DNA from: a virus
Taxonomy: Duplodnaviria; Caudoviricetes
Strand: one strand, 5' to 3'
Length of the DNA: 53,556 nt
Virus record (IMG/VR): IMGVR_UViG_3300004369_000021
Span: 1 to 53,556 of that record
Shown here one piece after another: positions 36,654-46,366 of the stretch. How positions within the stretch are numbered: position 1 is the first letter of the stretch; each line of letters begins with the position of its first letter. Made by a program: the position numbers and the translations under genes. Under the pieces are notes generated by a model. It was given only the letters and a program-made list of their open reading frames with translations, had not been told where the DNA came from and did no database searches.

Positions 36654-39508
36654 ACCAGCGCGTTGACAAAGACACCCTCCCGCTCGACAAGCCACGTCGC
36701 ACACCGAGCCACCCAACCAAGTCGCACATCGTGAAGACGCGGGTGGACGGCAAAGAGAAGATCATCCGGTTCGGCGAACAAGGAGCCGAGACCGCAGGCA
36801 AGCCCAAGGCAGGCGAGTCTGAACGCATGAAAAACAAACGCGCATCGTTCAAGTCTCGCCACTCCAAGAACATCGCCAAAGGCAAGAGCAGTCCCGCATA
36901 CTGGGCCAACAAAGTCAAGTGGGCTGACGGCGGCTCTGTGAACCTCGAAGAAATGTATCAGAAGTACGAACGAGGCGGCAAGGCTCGCGGCTCGTTGCTC
37001 GAAGGGTTCATGGCTGAGTTGGAGCGTTTGCGTTCGTTGCAGCGCAAGCAGGATTCGCTGGAGTTCCGCCCCGAATACACTGAACGCGGGCAACCCTTGG
37101 CACTTAGATACGACCGCGCTCCGACGCGCTCCGATCCGACGCGCTCCGACGCCGATCCGCAGACCGCTGGGGTGCCGACCGAACGTTCGCCGACAGGGAT
37201 GAACCCGAACTTTGCTTCTGCGTTGGAGAACTTGATTGCTGCGGCATCGGAAGCCGGTCACGATGTGACGATCAACTCAGGTTACCGGTCGCCAGAGCGT
37301 CAAGCAGAACTGTTCGCCGACGCTGTTCGAAAGTACGGCAGTGAAGCAGCGGCACGCCGCTGGGTTGCTCCTCCAGGAAAATCAAGACACAACCATGGCA
37401 TCGCGGCTGACTTGGGTTATGGCAGCGATGAGGCTCGCGATTGGGTTCATGCGAACGCTGAAAAGTATGGCTTGAACTTCCGCATGGATTGGGAGCCATG
37501 GCACATCGAACCGCTCAACATGCAACGAGGCGGCGCAGTGAAGGGTTACGAAACTGGCGGATTTAAGGACATTGCACGCTCTGTCCTCGGTCAAGGTCTT
37601 GGGTTGGGTTGGGGTGACGAGGGCGAAGCTTGGTTGCGGTCTAAACTTGGCGATGAGCGTTATGAAGACGCGCTCGCTGAAATTCAAGCATCGAACCGCG
37701 CCTATGCCGAAAACAACCCGATCGGGTCAATCGTTGGTGAGGTTGCTGGAGGGTTGATCCCGACAACAGCGGCATATCTTGCAACGCCGTTCACGGGTGG
37801 CGCAGCAGCACCCGCCGCCGCCGCGACCACGGCTCGCATGGGCATGTTGGCTCCACGGGTTGCAGCGCAGTTGCCGAACTGGATGAGAGGCGCAGCGGTC
37901 GGCGCAGGCGAAGGCGCGATTGTAGGAGCAGGGATGGCTGACCAAGGAGAGTCTCGCGCAGAAGGCGCAGCCATGGGAGCCGCGATCGGCGCACCGCTCG
38001 GCGCAGCAGCACCAGTTGCGATTGACGCCGTTCAAGGCGCGTTGGACCGCAGAGCGATCCGCACAGCAGCTTCGCAGGTGCCGGACGATTCGGCTTACGA
38101 ACCTCTGCGCCAGCGGTTGTTCGACCAAGGTGTGATGAACTACGCTGTCTTGCCGCAAGGCAATGTCAACTTGCAACCCGCGATCAGCGCCGAAACGCTG
38201 AGGGGTCCAGACGTCCAGACAGTTGAATCATTCTTGGCGCAAATCAAAGGCACTCCTGGCGTCAGCCAAGACGCGCTCGAAGAACTTTCAAGGCGTTACG
38301 AAGACCTGCCTCCTAATTCGACTATCAGCAAGGCTGACTTTGAGGCGAGAATCCCGCCTTCGCAGTACAACACGGTTGACCTGAAGAACTTGGCTGGAAA
38401 CAGCGAGTACGACATGGACCTTTACAGGGAACAAGCAATCGACTGGTTGTATGAACATCCGGACGAGCCTTATCAAAATGTTTTGTACAGCATTGGGCTC
38501 GATCCGAACGAGGACAATTTGCACTTGATCGCCGGTCTGAACGAGGGGGCGATCGACCTTGAGGACGTGCCTGAGGAGTTCCTCAATGCCTTCCGAAGAG
38601 CCAGTTGGGAAGATGACATTTTCGGCAACCTCAGCAAAACAACCGACAGCGCAAGGAACGAACTTGTCGAAGCCATGGCTCAAGACTTCGCAGAGCAAAC
38701 CGGAACTTCCGACGCAGGCTACCGCTACTTAGACTCTCAACGCTTGTTGACCGAAAACACCCAAGATGCGCTGGACGACAACTACTTCGAGATTGGCGTG
38801 ACGCACCCCGACATGGCTGGTAAGAACTACTGGCACTACCCAAATGCCTTGAATCCCGACGACGGCATGATCGGTCACATTCGCGGGACTTACATACCGG
38901 CGGACAAAACCAACGCCACCGTTCGTGCGCCTTTGGCCGACAACGTCCACTTTCCTGACGCGTCGATCCCTGTTCGACCGAACAGCGTTGTGATTGAGGA
39001 GATCCAGTCCGACGCTCAAAAGGATGCAGCCCAGTCCGGCGCACTGCGCCAAACCCACGGGACGCTTTTCAAGGCTGCAATCAACGACGCTCTGAAGCGC
39101 GGAGCAGACACGGTCTACCTCCCCTCGGCGGCGACGATCGCCTTGCCGCGTGGAGGCAATCGCGGAAGGTTCGCGCCGATTTACGATCAACAGATCGTGA
39201 AAGAGGGTCTGAGGCCGTTGTCGCAAATTCCTGGTGTCGAGATCAAGCCGGTCGGAGTCAACGGGGCGTTGGCTTACCACGAGATCACTTTCTCGCCCGA
39301 GGCGGTGGAAACAATCTTGCGCGGTCGCGGTCAGCGCACTCCAGGTTACGCAAAAGGCGGCGCGGTGATGGCCTACGACCCTACAATCGTGGAGGCGCGC
39401 ATCGCTTCTATCGGCAAAGGTTACGCAAAAGGCGGCGCGGTCAGAGCCTACGACCCTGCAACCATCGATCAACTAGTCAAAACCGTCCGAGAGGGTGCAC
39501 ATGTCTGA
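36650..39508 (+). CDS. Modular 952-aa protein: basic N-domain, M15 peptidase, ejection-protein-like segment and C-terminal domain
   Basis: SGYRS...Q, PG.SRHNHG.AAD and EPWH (M15 Zn peptidase); segment paralogous to the 14409 gene; IEEIQSD motif. Confidence 0.75.
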   Translation: MNQRVDKDTLPLDKPRRTPSHPTKSHIVKTRVDGKEKIIRFGEQGAETAGKPKAGESERMKNKRASFKSRHSKNIAKGKSSPAYWANKVKWADGGSVNLEEMYQKYERGGKARGSLLEGFMAELERLRSLQRKQDSLEFRPEYTERGQPLALRYDRAPTRSDPTRSDADPQTAGVPTERSPTGMNPNFASALENLIAAASEAGHDVTINSGYRSPERQAELFADAVRKYGSEAAARRWVAPPGKSRHNHGIAADLGYGSDEARDWVHANAEKYGLNFRMDWEPWHIEPLNMQRGGAVKGYETGGFKDIARSVLGQGLGLGWGDEGEAWLRSKLGDERYEDALAEIQASNRAYAENNPIGSIVGEVAGGLIPTTAAYLATPFTGGAAAPAAAATTARMGMLAPRVAAQLPNWMRGAAVGAGEGAIVGAGMADQGESRAEGAAMGAAIGAPLGAAAPVAIDAVQGALDRRAIRTAASQVPDDSAYEPLRQRLFDQGVMNYAVLPQGNVNLQPAISAETLRGPDVQTVESFLAQIKGTPGVSQDALEELSRRYEDLPPNSTISKADFEARIPPSQYNTVDLKNLAGNSEYDMDLYREQAIDWLYEHPDEPYQNVLYSIGLDPNEDNLHLIAGLNEGAIDLEDVPEEFLNAFRRASWEDDIFGNLSKTTDSARNELVEAMAQDFAEQTGTSDAGYRYLDSQRLLTENTQDALDDNYFEIGVTHPDMAGKNYWHYPNALNPDDGMIGHIRGTYIPADKTNATVRAPLADNVHFPDASIPVRPNSVVIEEIQSDAQKDAAQSGALRQTHGTLFKAAINDALKRGADTVYLPSAATIALPRGGNRGRFAPIYDQQIVKEGLRPLSQIPGVEIKPVGVNGALAYHEITFSPEAVETILRGRGQRTPGYAKGGAVMAYDPTIVEARIASIGKGYAKGGAVRAYDPATIDQLVKTVREGAHV
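39343..39460 (+). repeat. 75-bp-period imperfect direct repeat (GYAKGGAV.AYDP x2)
   Basis: aggttacgcaaaaggcggcgcggt at 39343 and 39418. Confidence 0.9.
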
Positions 39509-41999
39509 TATAAACGAACGCGACGATGAGTCCCTCGAAAAAGGCGAAACTGTCTCTTACGAGGATTCATTCTCAGAAGTTGAAGACACCGATGACGGTG
39601 GCGCAGTCCTGCGCATGGAAAACGAAGAAGACGAGAAGCGCAACCTCGCGCATTTCGCCAACATTGTCGAAGAGGTTGACCAAGCCGCGCTGAAGGAAGC
39701 GGTCACCGACCTGCTCGACAAGATCGAAAAAGACAAAGAGGCTCGCGAAAAACGCGACAAGCAGTACGAAGAAGGTTTGCGCCGCACCGGTCTCGGCGAC
39801 GACGCTCCTGGAGGCGCGCAGTTCACCGGCGCGAACAAGGTCGTTCACCCGATGTTGGTCGAGGCGTGTGTGGACTTCTCGGCGCGGTTCATGAAAGAAG
39901 TTTTCCCGCCCAATGGTCCAGTCAAGTCGAAGGTCTACGGCGAGCAGGACAAGAAGAAGGTCGAGAAGGCGGAACGCAAGACCGAGTTCATGAACTGGCA
40001 AACGACCAAGCAGATGCCGGAGTTCCGCAGTGAACTTGAACAGCTGAGCACGCAGTTGCCGCTCGGCGGTGGGCAGTACATGAAGTTCATGTGGAACCCG
40101 CAGCGTCGCCGACCCATGAGTGAGTTTGTTGCGATCGACGACATTTACTTGCCGTTCGCCGCCACGAACTTCTACACCGCCGAGCGCAAGACGCACGTTC
40201 AGTACATCACCAAGATGGAATACCAGCGTCGCGTCAAGAGCGAAATGTATGTCGACGTTGACCTCGGCGCTCCTGGAGAGGTTGAGTTCAGCAAGGCGTC
40301 CATCGCCAACGACAAGATCGAAGGTCGCAAGGAGTCCAGCTACAACGAAGACGGTCTGCGCACCATCTTCGAAATTTACACGCATCTCGACTTTGGCGAT
40401 GGTCTTGAGCCTTACATCATCAGCATCGACAAGACCACCGAGTTGCCGTTGGCGCTTTACCGCAACTGGGAACCCGACGACGAACTGCGCAACGAATTGG
40501 ATTGGATCGTTGAATTCCCGTTCGTTCCTTGGCGCGGAGCGTACCCAATCGGTCTCACCCACATGATCGGCGGTCTGAGCGGCGCGGCCACAGGCGCGTT
40601 GCGTGCATTGTTGGACAGCGCACACATCCAGAACGTTCCGACATTGCTGAAGTTGAAGGGTGGTCCAGGCGGACAGACCATCAACCTGCAGCCGACTGAA
40701 GTTGTCGAGATGGATGGCGGCGCAATGGTGGACGACGTACGCAAGCTGGCGATGCCGTTGCCGTTCAATGGTCCAAGTCCTGTGTTGTTCCAGTTGCTTG
40801 GCTTCCTCGTGGACGCAGGCAAAGGCGTTGTGCAAACGTCGTTCGAAAAACTCAGCGATCAGAACCCCAATGCTCCTGTCGGAACGACGATGGCGTTGAT
40901 CGAGCAGGGGATGGTGGTTTTCTCCAGCATTCATTCGCGGCTTCACAACGCGATGGAAAAGTGTTTCGGCATTTTACACCGCCTGAACAGCGCGTACCTT
41001 ACTGAAGAAGACGTCGAGGCGCACAAGTCGGGTTTAGAGATTGACCCGAGCGACTTTGATGGTCCGATGGACGTCATGCCGGTGAGCGACCCCGCGATCT
41101 TCAGCGAGACGCAACGTTTCGCGCAAACGCAAGCGATCATGCAACGCGCTCAAGCAATGCCGCAGATGTATGACCCGCGCAAAGTCGAGCAGATGTTCTT
41201 GCGCACCCTCAAGGTTCCATACGAAGACGTTCTGAAGCCAGAAGCGGCAAGCGAGGACATGGATCCGGTCAGCGAGAACGTGGCTGCGTCGATGGGCAGA
41301 CCGCTTTACGTGCTGCCGCGCCAAGACCACATTGCGCACATCATGACACACATGGCGTTCTTGAAGTCGCCGTTGCTGGGTTCCAACCCGCCGATCATGA
41401 AGACTTGCATCTACGCTCTCGCGCAACACCTCAAGGATCACGTTTTGAATTACTACCTCGTGGAGGCTCACAACGCCGTGGACAAAGCGCAACGCGAAGA
41501 GTTGATCGAGGCGGAAGCCGAAGAGCAGGTTCAGTTGATCATTCAGGTTCAGCAGCTGATCGAAAAGCAGCTTGGGTCGTTCGGTCAGGAACTTGCCCAA
41601 CTCACGGACTTCGCCGAGCAGTTCAAGCCGCAATCCCCTATGCCGCCCGACAACACCATGCAAGTTGCTCAACTCAACGCGCAGGTTCAAGGTCAGGCTC
41701 TACAAGAGCGTGCGCAGTACAATCAGGCACGCGTCCAGCTGGATCAACAAAAGCTGCAAACGCAACAGCAACTGGAAGCCGCCAAGTTGGCTCAACGCCA
41801 GCAAGACGCTCAAGAGAAGTTGCAGGCAGAGCAGATGAGACAAATGGCCGAAAACGAACGCACCGCTGCAGACATCGCTGCACGCGAGCGCATGAACACG
41901 GCAGACAACGACACCGCGAAGCTGCTCGCCGCAGCAGAATTGGCAACCGGCGAACGAGTCTCGGTGAGCACCGGCAGTGGCATCAACCCCAACCCTTGA
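39501..41999 (+). CDS. Portal protein
   Basis: ~830 aa downstream of TerL; HPML.EAC.DF, GL.H.IGGLS, APVGTT.ALIEQG and PVSDP motifs; Gln-rich helical tail as in P22-type portals. Confidence 0.85.
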   Translation: MSDINERDDESLEKGETVSYEDSFSEVEDTDDGGAVLRMENEEDEKRNLAHFANIVEEVDQAALKEAVTDLLDKIEKDKEAREKRDKQYEEGLRRTGLGDDAPGGAQFTGANKVVHPMLVEACVDFSARFMKEVFPPNGPVKSKVYGEQDKKKVEKAERKTEFMNWQTTKQMPEFRSELEQLSTQLPLGGGQYMKFMWNPQRRRPMSEFVAIDDIYLPFAATNFYTAERKTHVQYITKMEYQRRVKSEMYVDVDLGAPGEVEFSKASIANDKIEGRKESSYNEDGLRTIFEIYTHLDFGDGLEPYIISIDKTTELPLALYRNWEPDDELRNELDWIVEFPFVPWRGAYPIGLTHMIGGLSGAATGALRALLDSAHIQNVPTLLKLKGGPGGQTINLQPTEVVEMDGGAMVDDVRKLAMPLPFNGPSPVLFQLLGFLVDAGKGVVQTSFEKLSDQNPNAPVGTTMALIEQGMVVFSSIHSRLHNAMEKCFGILHRLNSAYLTEEDVEAHKSGLEIDPSDFDGPMDVMPVSDPAIFSETQRFAQTQAIMQRAQAMPQMYDPRKVEQMFLRTLKVPYEDVLKPEAASEDMDPVSENVAASMGRPLYVLPRQDHIAHIMTHMAFLKSPLLGSNPPIMKTCIYALAQHLKDHVLNYYLVEAHNAVDKAQREELIEAEAEEQVQLIIQVQQLIEKQLGSFGQELAQLTDFAEQFKPQSPMPPDNTMQVAQLNAQVQGQALQERAQYNQARVQLDQQKLQTQQQLEAAKLAQRQQDAQEKLQAEQMRQMAENERTAADIAARERMNTADNDTAKLLAAAELATGERVSVSTGSGINPNP

Positions 42000-42012
42000 A
42001 TAGGAGAGCACC

Positions 42013-42156
42013 ATGAGCGACAATCCAAACAAAGCCAAAGAAGTCCCGATGAACACCGCTGAGGTTCCTCAGCATCACCGCCTAGCCGCAGGCGAAAAGT
42101 GTGACGGCCAGAGCACCCCACCTTCCAAAAATTCTGGACCGAAGACACCGGCATGA
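42013..42156 (+). CDS. Small hypothetical protein (47 aa)
   Basis: AGGAG RBS; VPQHHRLA.G; ATGA overlap with the next gene. Confidence 0.55.
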   Translation: MSDNPNKAKEVPMNTAEVPQHHRLAAGEKCDGQSTPPSKNSGPKTPA

Positions 42157-42350
42157 ATTTTGAAACCACCTTGTTGAACCGCCTCAAGGAAGAGCAGCAC
42201 AAATTTGCTGTTGACGCCTTGAAGCGGCCACAAGAACGCGACGCTTTTGAGTACGGCTTGCGCGTTGGGGTGTTCGCCGGTTATGAGGCGGCGATCAATG
42301 TACTCTTGAAACTTCTTGATGAGGAGAAAAATGGTGACAACGACATCTGA
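42153..42350 (+). CDS. Hypothetical protein
   Basis: 65-aa helical ORF between portal and the GroES-like gene. Confidence 0.7.
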   Translation: MNFETTLLNRLKEEQHKFAVDALKRPQERDAFEYGLRVGVFAGYEAAINVLLKLLDEEKNGDNDI

Positions 42351-42753
42351 GAACGCTTTGGCAGAGGCGTTTCCGGCGGCAGACGCTGGAGTGCAGCCTT
42401 TCGGAAGCCGCGTTCTGGTTCAAATTCGAACGCCGAAGAGCAAAACTTCCGGCGGCATCATCTTGCACAGCGAGTCGCGTGACACTGAAAAGTGGAACAC
42501 ACAAGTTGCCAAGGTGGTCAGCGTTGGACCGCTCGCGTTCAAAAACCGCAACACCATGGAACAGTGGCCTGAAGGCTCTTGGTGCAAAGTCGGCGAATTC
42601 GTTCGCGTGCCGAAGTACGGCGGCGACCGATGGGAAGTCCCGCTCAGCAACAAGATGGGCGACAATGAGTCCGCAATGTTCGTAATTTTCAATGACCTTG
42701 ACATCATCGGGCAGGTAACTGGTGACCCGCTGGCGATCAAGGCGTTCATCTGA
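42331..42753 (+). CDS. GroES/Cpn10-like co-chaperonin
   Basis: QPFGSRVLV, KTSGGIIL mobile loop, VVSVGP, KVGE.V..PKYGG and ND.DII motifs. Confidence 0.85.
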   Translation: MVTTTSENALAEAFPAADAGVQPFGSRVLVQIRTPKSKTSGGIILHSESRDTEKWNTQVAKVVSVGPLAFKNRNTMEQWPEGSWCKVGEFVRVPKYGGDRWEVPLSNKMGDNESAMFVIFNDLDIIGQVTGDPLAIKAFI

Positions 42754-42766
42754 AAGGAGATGACAA

Positions 42767-43711
42767 ATGAGTGAAGTTATCAAAGAGCAAGACGAAAAAG
42801 ACGAAGAAATCGTAATCGTTGAAGACGAGTCTCAACTTGATAATTCAGTTGAAGATGACGAAGATGAAGACGACGGTCAAGACGATGACGAGCGTCTTTC
42901 TAGCGACAACGAAGAAAGTGAATACGACGAACGCGAAGCAATCCGCGAACGCCGCCGCAAAGAAAAGCTGGAACGCAAACATCGCCGCGAAGGAGCCATC
43001 AAGCGTGACAAACTTGAGTTAGACTTCCTGCGCAACCGCAACGACGACCTTGAGCGCAGGTTGACCGCGCAAGAACAAAGATCGTTCGCGGGAGACCTCA
43101 ATGCGTTCGATGCAGCAATAGCGCAAGCCTCCAAGGAAGCCCAGATGGCCGACAAGGTCATCGCTAAAGCTGTCGCCGCAGGCAACGGTGAAGACGTCAC
43201 CCAAGCCATGCGTTATCGCGATCAGGCACTGGCTCGCATCCAACAGCTGAACGCACAAAAGCAAACCGTCCAACAGCGTCCGCCGCAACCCAAGCAGCAG
43301 ATCGACGAACGCACGATGCATTACGCGCAAGAGTTCATCAAGGAAAACCCTTGGTACGACTCGCAAGGCCGCGATGAGGACTCTTCCATCGTGATTGCCA
43401 TCGATCAGGCTCTGGCCAAAGACGGCTATGACCCTCGCAGCGAGGATTACTGGACAGAACTGCGCAAACGCGCAGCACGCCGGTTGCCCGAGCGGTTCGG
43501 CAAAACACAAACCAAAGAACCGCGCACGCCGCGTGGTGGACCCGCTGTTGGGTCTGGTCGTGAACACGCGCCCACAAGCACGCGCCGAGAAGTTTACATC
43601 AGTCCTGAACGCAAACAGGCTCTGATCGACGCAGGCGTTTGGGACGATCCAGTGTTGCGATCCAAATATGTAAAGAGGTACGCAGAGTATGATCGACAGA
43701 ATAGATCATAA
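42767..43711 (+). CDS. Putative capsid scaffolding protein
   Basis: Acidic N-terminus, long coiled coil, NPWY motif; located before the capsid genes. Confidence 0.65.
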   Translation: MSEVIKEQDEKDEEIVIVEDESQLDNSVEDDEDEDDGQDDDERLSSDNEESEYDEREAIRERRRKEKLERKHRREGAIKRDKLELDFLRNRNDDLERRLTAQEQRSFAGDLNAFDAAIAQASKEAQMADKVIAKAVAAGNGEDVTQAMRYRDQALARIQQLNAQKQTVQQRPPQPKQQIDERTMHYAQEFIKENPWYDSQGRDEDSSIVIAIDQALAKDGYDPRSEDYWTELRKRAARRLPERFGKTQTKEPRTPRGGPAVGSGREHAPTSTRREVYISPERKQALIDAGVWDDPVLRSKYVKRYAEYDRQNRS

Positions 43712-43716
43712 AATGC

Positions 43717-43745
43717 TTGCCTTTTTCACATAAACAGAATTTAAT
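43717..43745 (+). promoter_or_regulatory. Promoter for the capsid genes
   Basis: TTGCCT-N17-TTTAAT followed by TCAATCAA, as at 34407-34420. Confidence 0.7.
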
Positions 43746-43774
43746 TCAATCAATCGCTGAAAGGAGCGAGTATC

Positions 43775-44305
43775 ATGACCGACGAACGACTAAAGAAATC
43801 CGCTGGTGAGGGTCGCGAAAATCGCGCGATGCAGGATCGTGCATCCACTGAAAATCGCGCAATTTCCGATGATGAGCGGGTAGAAATGTTCCGTCAGCAG
43901 TTTCACCAATCCTCTCTACCGGATTTGCCTAAACTTGACGGCTGGCACTTGTGCTGGCTGACGACGACAAACCCGCGTGATTCAATCCAGATGCGCATTC
44001 GTTTGGGCTATGAGCCTGTGAAGCCGGAAGATGTTCCTGGCTGGGAATATGCGACGCTCAAGACGGGCGACTGGACTGGTTTCATCGGGGTCAATGAGAT
44101 GCTTGCCTTCAAGCTGCCCATTTCGCTGTACGAAAAGTACATGCGTGAGGCGCACCATGATGCTCCGTTGCGTGAGGAAGAAAAACTCACCGACACTCAG
44201 GACTTCTTGGAACAACAGGCGCGTGCATCTAAGTCTCGTGTGGACATGGGCGACGGCAACAGGGAGTTTGGTGCGGATAGGGAGCCGATCTTTGATCTCT
44301 CCTGA
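43775..44305 (+). CDS. Hypothetical head-module protein
   Basis: 176 aa; AAGGAG RBS; GWH.CWL...GYEPVK motif. Confidence 0.7.
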   Translation: MTDERLKKSAGEGRENRAMQDRASTENRAISDDERVEMFRQQFHQSSLPDLPKLDGWHLCWLTTTNPRDSIQMRIRLGYEPVKPEDVPGWEYATLKTGDWTGFIGVNEMLAFKLPISLYEKYMREAHHDAPLREEEKLTDTQDFLEQQARASKSRVDMGDGNREFGADREPIFDLS

Positions 44306-44333
44306 CGAAACCATTCAACCTTAGGAGCAAACT

Positions 44334-44927
44334 ATGTCTTCGACTAGCGCACCCTTTGGCTTTCGTCCGTCTTACCACAACAGTGGCCAGATGCGCCCGA
44401 AAGCCTACACGATCGCTAGCACCTACGCTGCCAACATTTTTCAGGGTGACCCTGTGAAGTTGACGGATGCAGGTGTTATCCAGTTGGGCACCAGTGATGG
44501 TACCCGTTCCGGCACCGTGGATGGGATTTCCCTTCTCGGTATTTTTGCTGGTTGTCAGTACAACGATTCCACCGGTCGTCCGGTTGTTTCGCCGTTCTGG
44601 CCCACCGGCACAACGGCAAGTGACATCGTTGCATGGGTCTACGACGACCCTGAGACGCTGTTTGACGTTCAGTACAACAATCCTTCTCCAGCCACCACGG
44701 TTCAAACCGCTGTTGGCGAAGAGTGTGATTGGACTGTTGCGTCTCCAGGAGGCTCGACCAGCACTGGGCTGAGCACCTGTCTTCTGACGGCTATTCAGGC
44801 GACTTCTGGTCAATTCCAGATCACCGGTTTTGGCTACAACGTCAACGACTCCTTGACTGACGCTTACGTGGTTGCGACTGTTCGCATCAACGAGCATCAG
44901 TACAAGGCTTCTGTCAACTCGGTGTAA
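44334..44927 (+). CDS. Putative head decoration / minor capsid protein
   Basis: APFGFRP, IFQGDPV, G.F.GC.Y and DDP...F motifs; immediately upstream of the major capsid gene. Confidence 0.6.
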   Translation: MSSTSAPFGFRPSYHNSGQMRPKAYTIASTYAANIFQGDPVKLTDAGVIQLGTSDGTRSGTVDGISLLGIFAGCQYNDSTGRPVVSPFWPTGTTASDIVAWVYDDPETLFDVQYNNPSPATTVQTAVGEECDWTVASPGGSTSTGLSTCLLTAIQATSGQFQITGFGYNVNDSLTDAYVVATVRINEHQYKASVNSV

Positions 44928-44941
44928 GGAGGGCTTGAACC

Positions 44942-45856
44942 ATGGCTACACCTATGCGTAGTACTGACTTCCGGTCAGTCGTCGAGCCGATCCTGAACGA
45001 GGTCTTCGACGGAGTTTACGATCAGCGTGCTGATGAATGGAAGATGGTCTTCCGTGAGCAAAAGGGCATTCCCCGCAACTACCATGAAGAACCCGTCCTG
45101 TACGGCTTCGGTGCTGCGCCGGAACTACCTGATGGCATGGCAGTCACCTACCAGTCTGGCGGCGTGCTGTTCATTCAGCGTTACCTCTACAAGGTCTACG
45201 GTCTGGCGTTCAGCCTGACCAAGGTTCTGGTGGAGGATGGCGATCACATTCGTATCGGTCAGACCTATGCCAAGCACTTGGCTCAGTCTCTGATCGAAAC
45301 GAAAGAGACGTTGTCTGCTAACGTGCTGAACCGTGCTTTCAACAGTTCGTATGCGGGTGGTGACGGCGTTTCGCTGATCAACGCATCGCATCCGATTGTG
45401 AGCGGCACCTTCAGCAACCAGCTGACCACTCCAGCCAACCTGTCTCAAACTTCCCTTGAGCAGATGTTGATCCAGATCCGCAACGCTGTTGACAACAACG
45501 GCAAGCGTATCCGCCTGACGCCCAAGAAGATCGTCGCTGGTCCCAGCAACGTCTTCCAGGCCGAAACGCTGCTCAAGAGCGTGTTGCGTTCGGGAACCGC
45601 TGACAACGACATCAACCCTGTGAAATCCATGGGTCTGTTGTCGGAAGGTCAGGCCAACCTGTCGCGTATCACCTCTACCACCGCATGGTGGGTGCAGACT
45701 GATGCTCCGGAAGGTCTGAAGCTGCTGATGCGTCGTGCGTTGGAAAAGAGCATGGAAGGTGACTTCGAAACCGACTCCATGCGCTACAAAGCGACCGAGC
45801 GTTATACCGTTGGTTGGACTGACCCTCGCGGTCTGTACGGCACACCTGGTATTTAA
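44942..45856 (+). CDS. Major capsid protein (Mu gpT-like family)
   Basis: KETLSANVLNRAF, GGDGVSL....HP, GTA.ND.N and RYKA.ERY..GW.DPRG..G motifs; followed by a terminator. Confidence 0.88.
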   Translation: MATPMRSTDFRSVVEPILNEVFDGVYDQRADEWKMVFREQKGIPRNYHEEPVLYGFGAAPELPDGMAVTYQSGGVLFIQRYLYKVYGLAFSLTKVLVEDGDHIRIGQTYAKHLAQSLIETKETLSANVLNRAFNSSYAGGDGVSLINASHPIVSGTFSNQLTTPANLSQTSLEQMLIQIRNAVDNNGKRIRLTPKKIVAGPSNVFQAETLLKSVLRSGTADNDINPVKSMGLLSEGQANLSRITSTTAWWVQTDAPEGLKLLMRRALEKSMEGDFETDSMRYKATERYTVGWTDPRGLYGTPGI

Positions 45857-45863
45857 ATTGATT

Positions 45864-45889
45864 GGGGGAGCCTCGTGCTTCCCCTTTCT
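45864..45889 (+). terminator. Intrinsic terminator after the major capsid gene
   Basis: GGGGGAGC-ctcgt-GCTTCCCC followed by TTTCT. Confidence 0.7.
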
Positions 45890-45895
45890 AAAATT

Positions 45896-45968
45896 CCGAG
45901 GCTAACTCGGTGTGTTGGACAGTCCTCGGCTGACGTCATGCAGACCAACGCACTTAACTCGCATGAGA
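45896..45968 (+). ncRNA. Structured RNA with pseudoknot (possibly the Mu-gpT-DE motif)
   Basis: Pairings 45896-45900/45906-45910, 45910-45918/45945-45953 and 45920-45924/45928-45932, plus pseudoknot 45936-45941/45961-45966. Confidence 0.65.
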
Positions 45969-45978
45969 GGAAAATGCA

Positions 45979-46350
45979 ATGGCATCGACTACTTTTTCTG
46001 GTCCAGTCACTTCGATCAACGGCTTCATCGGCAATGTGACCGGTGACATCACTGGCGGCATCGTTGGCGACATCCAGTCGCTCTCCGGCGCAGGTGCAGT
46101 CAACACCACAAACCTGATCACCAACATCACCACCACAGGTGCAAACGCACTGACTCTTGCTGACGGCACAAATGGCCAGATCAAGATCATCACCATGGTT
46201 GTTGATGGCGGCGACGGCACCCTCACCCCAACCACTTTTGCCAATGGCACGACGATGACTTTCGGCGACGCAGGCGACACCGTGATGCTGGTTTTCAACA
46301 GCACCATCGGTTGGACCATTGTTTCCAACAGCGGCGTTGTCGTGGCTTAA
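45979..46350 (+). CDS. Hypothetical virion protein
   Basis: MASTTFSGPV.S.NGF N-terminus; Thr/Gly-rich. Confidence 0.7.
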   Translation: MASTTFSGPVTSINGFIGNVTGDITGGIVGDIQSLSGAGAVNTTNLITNITTTGANALTLADGTNGQIKIITMVVDGGDGTLTPTTFANGTTMTFGDAGDTVMLVFNSTIGWTIVSNSGVVVA

Positions 46351-46366
46351 TTGAGGGGAGGTCAAC

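Noticed and set aside
39573-40946. 457-aa antisense ORF, and similar ones at 8675-9640, 36143-37261 and 17797-18732
   Set aside because: They shadow well-supported genes, have no motifs or RBS, and are expected from GC-rich codon bias
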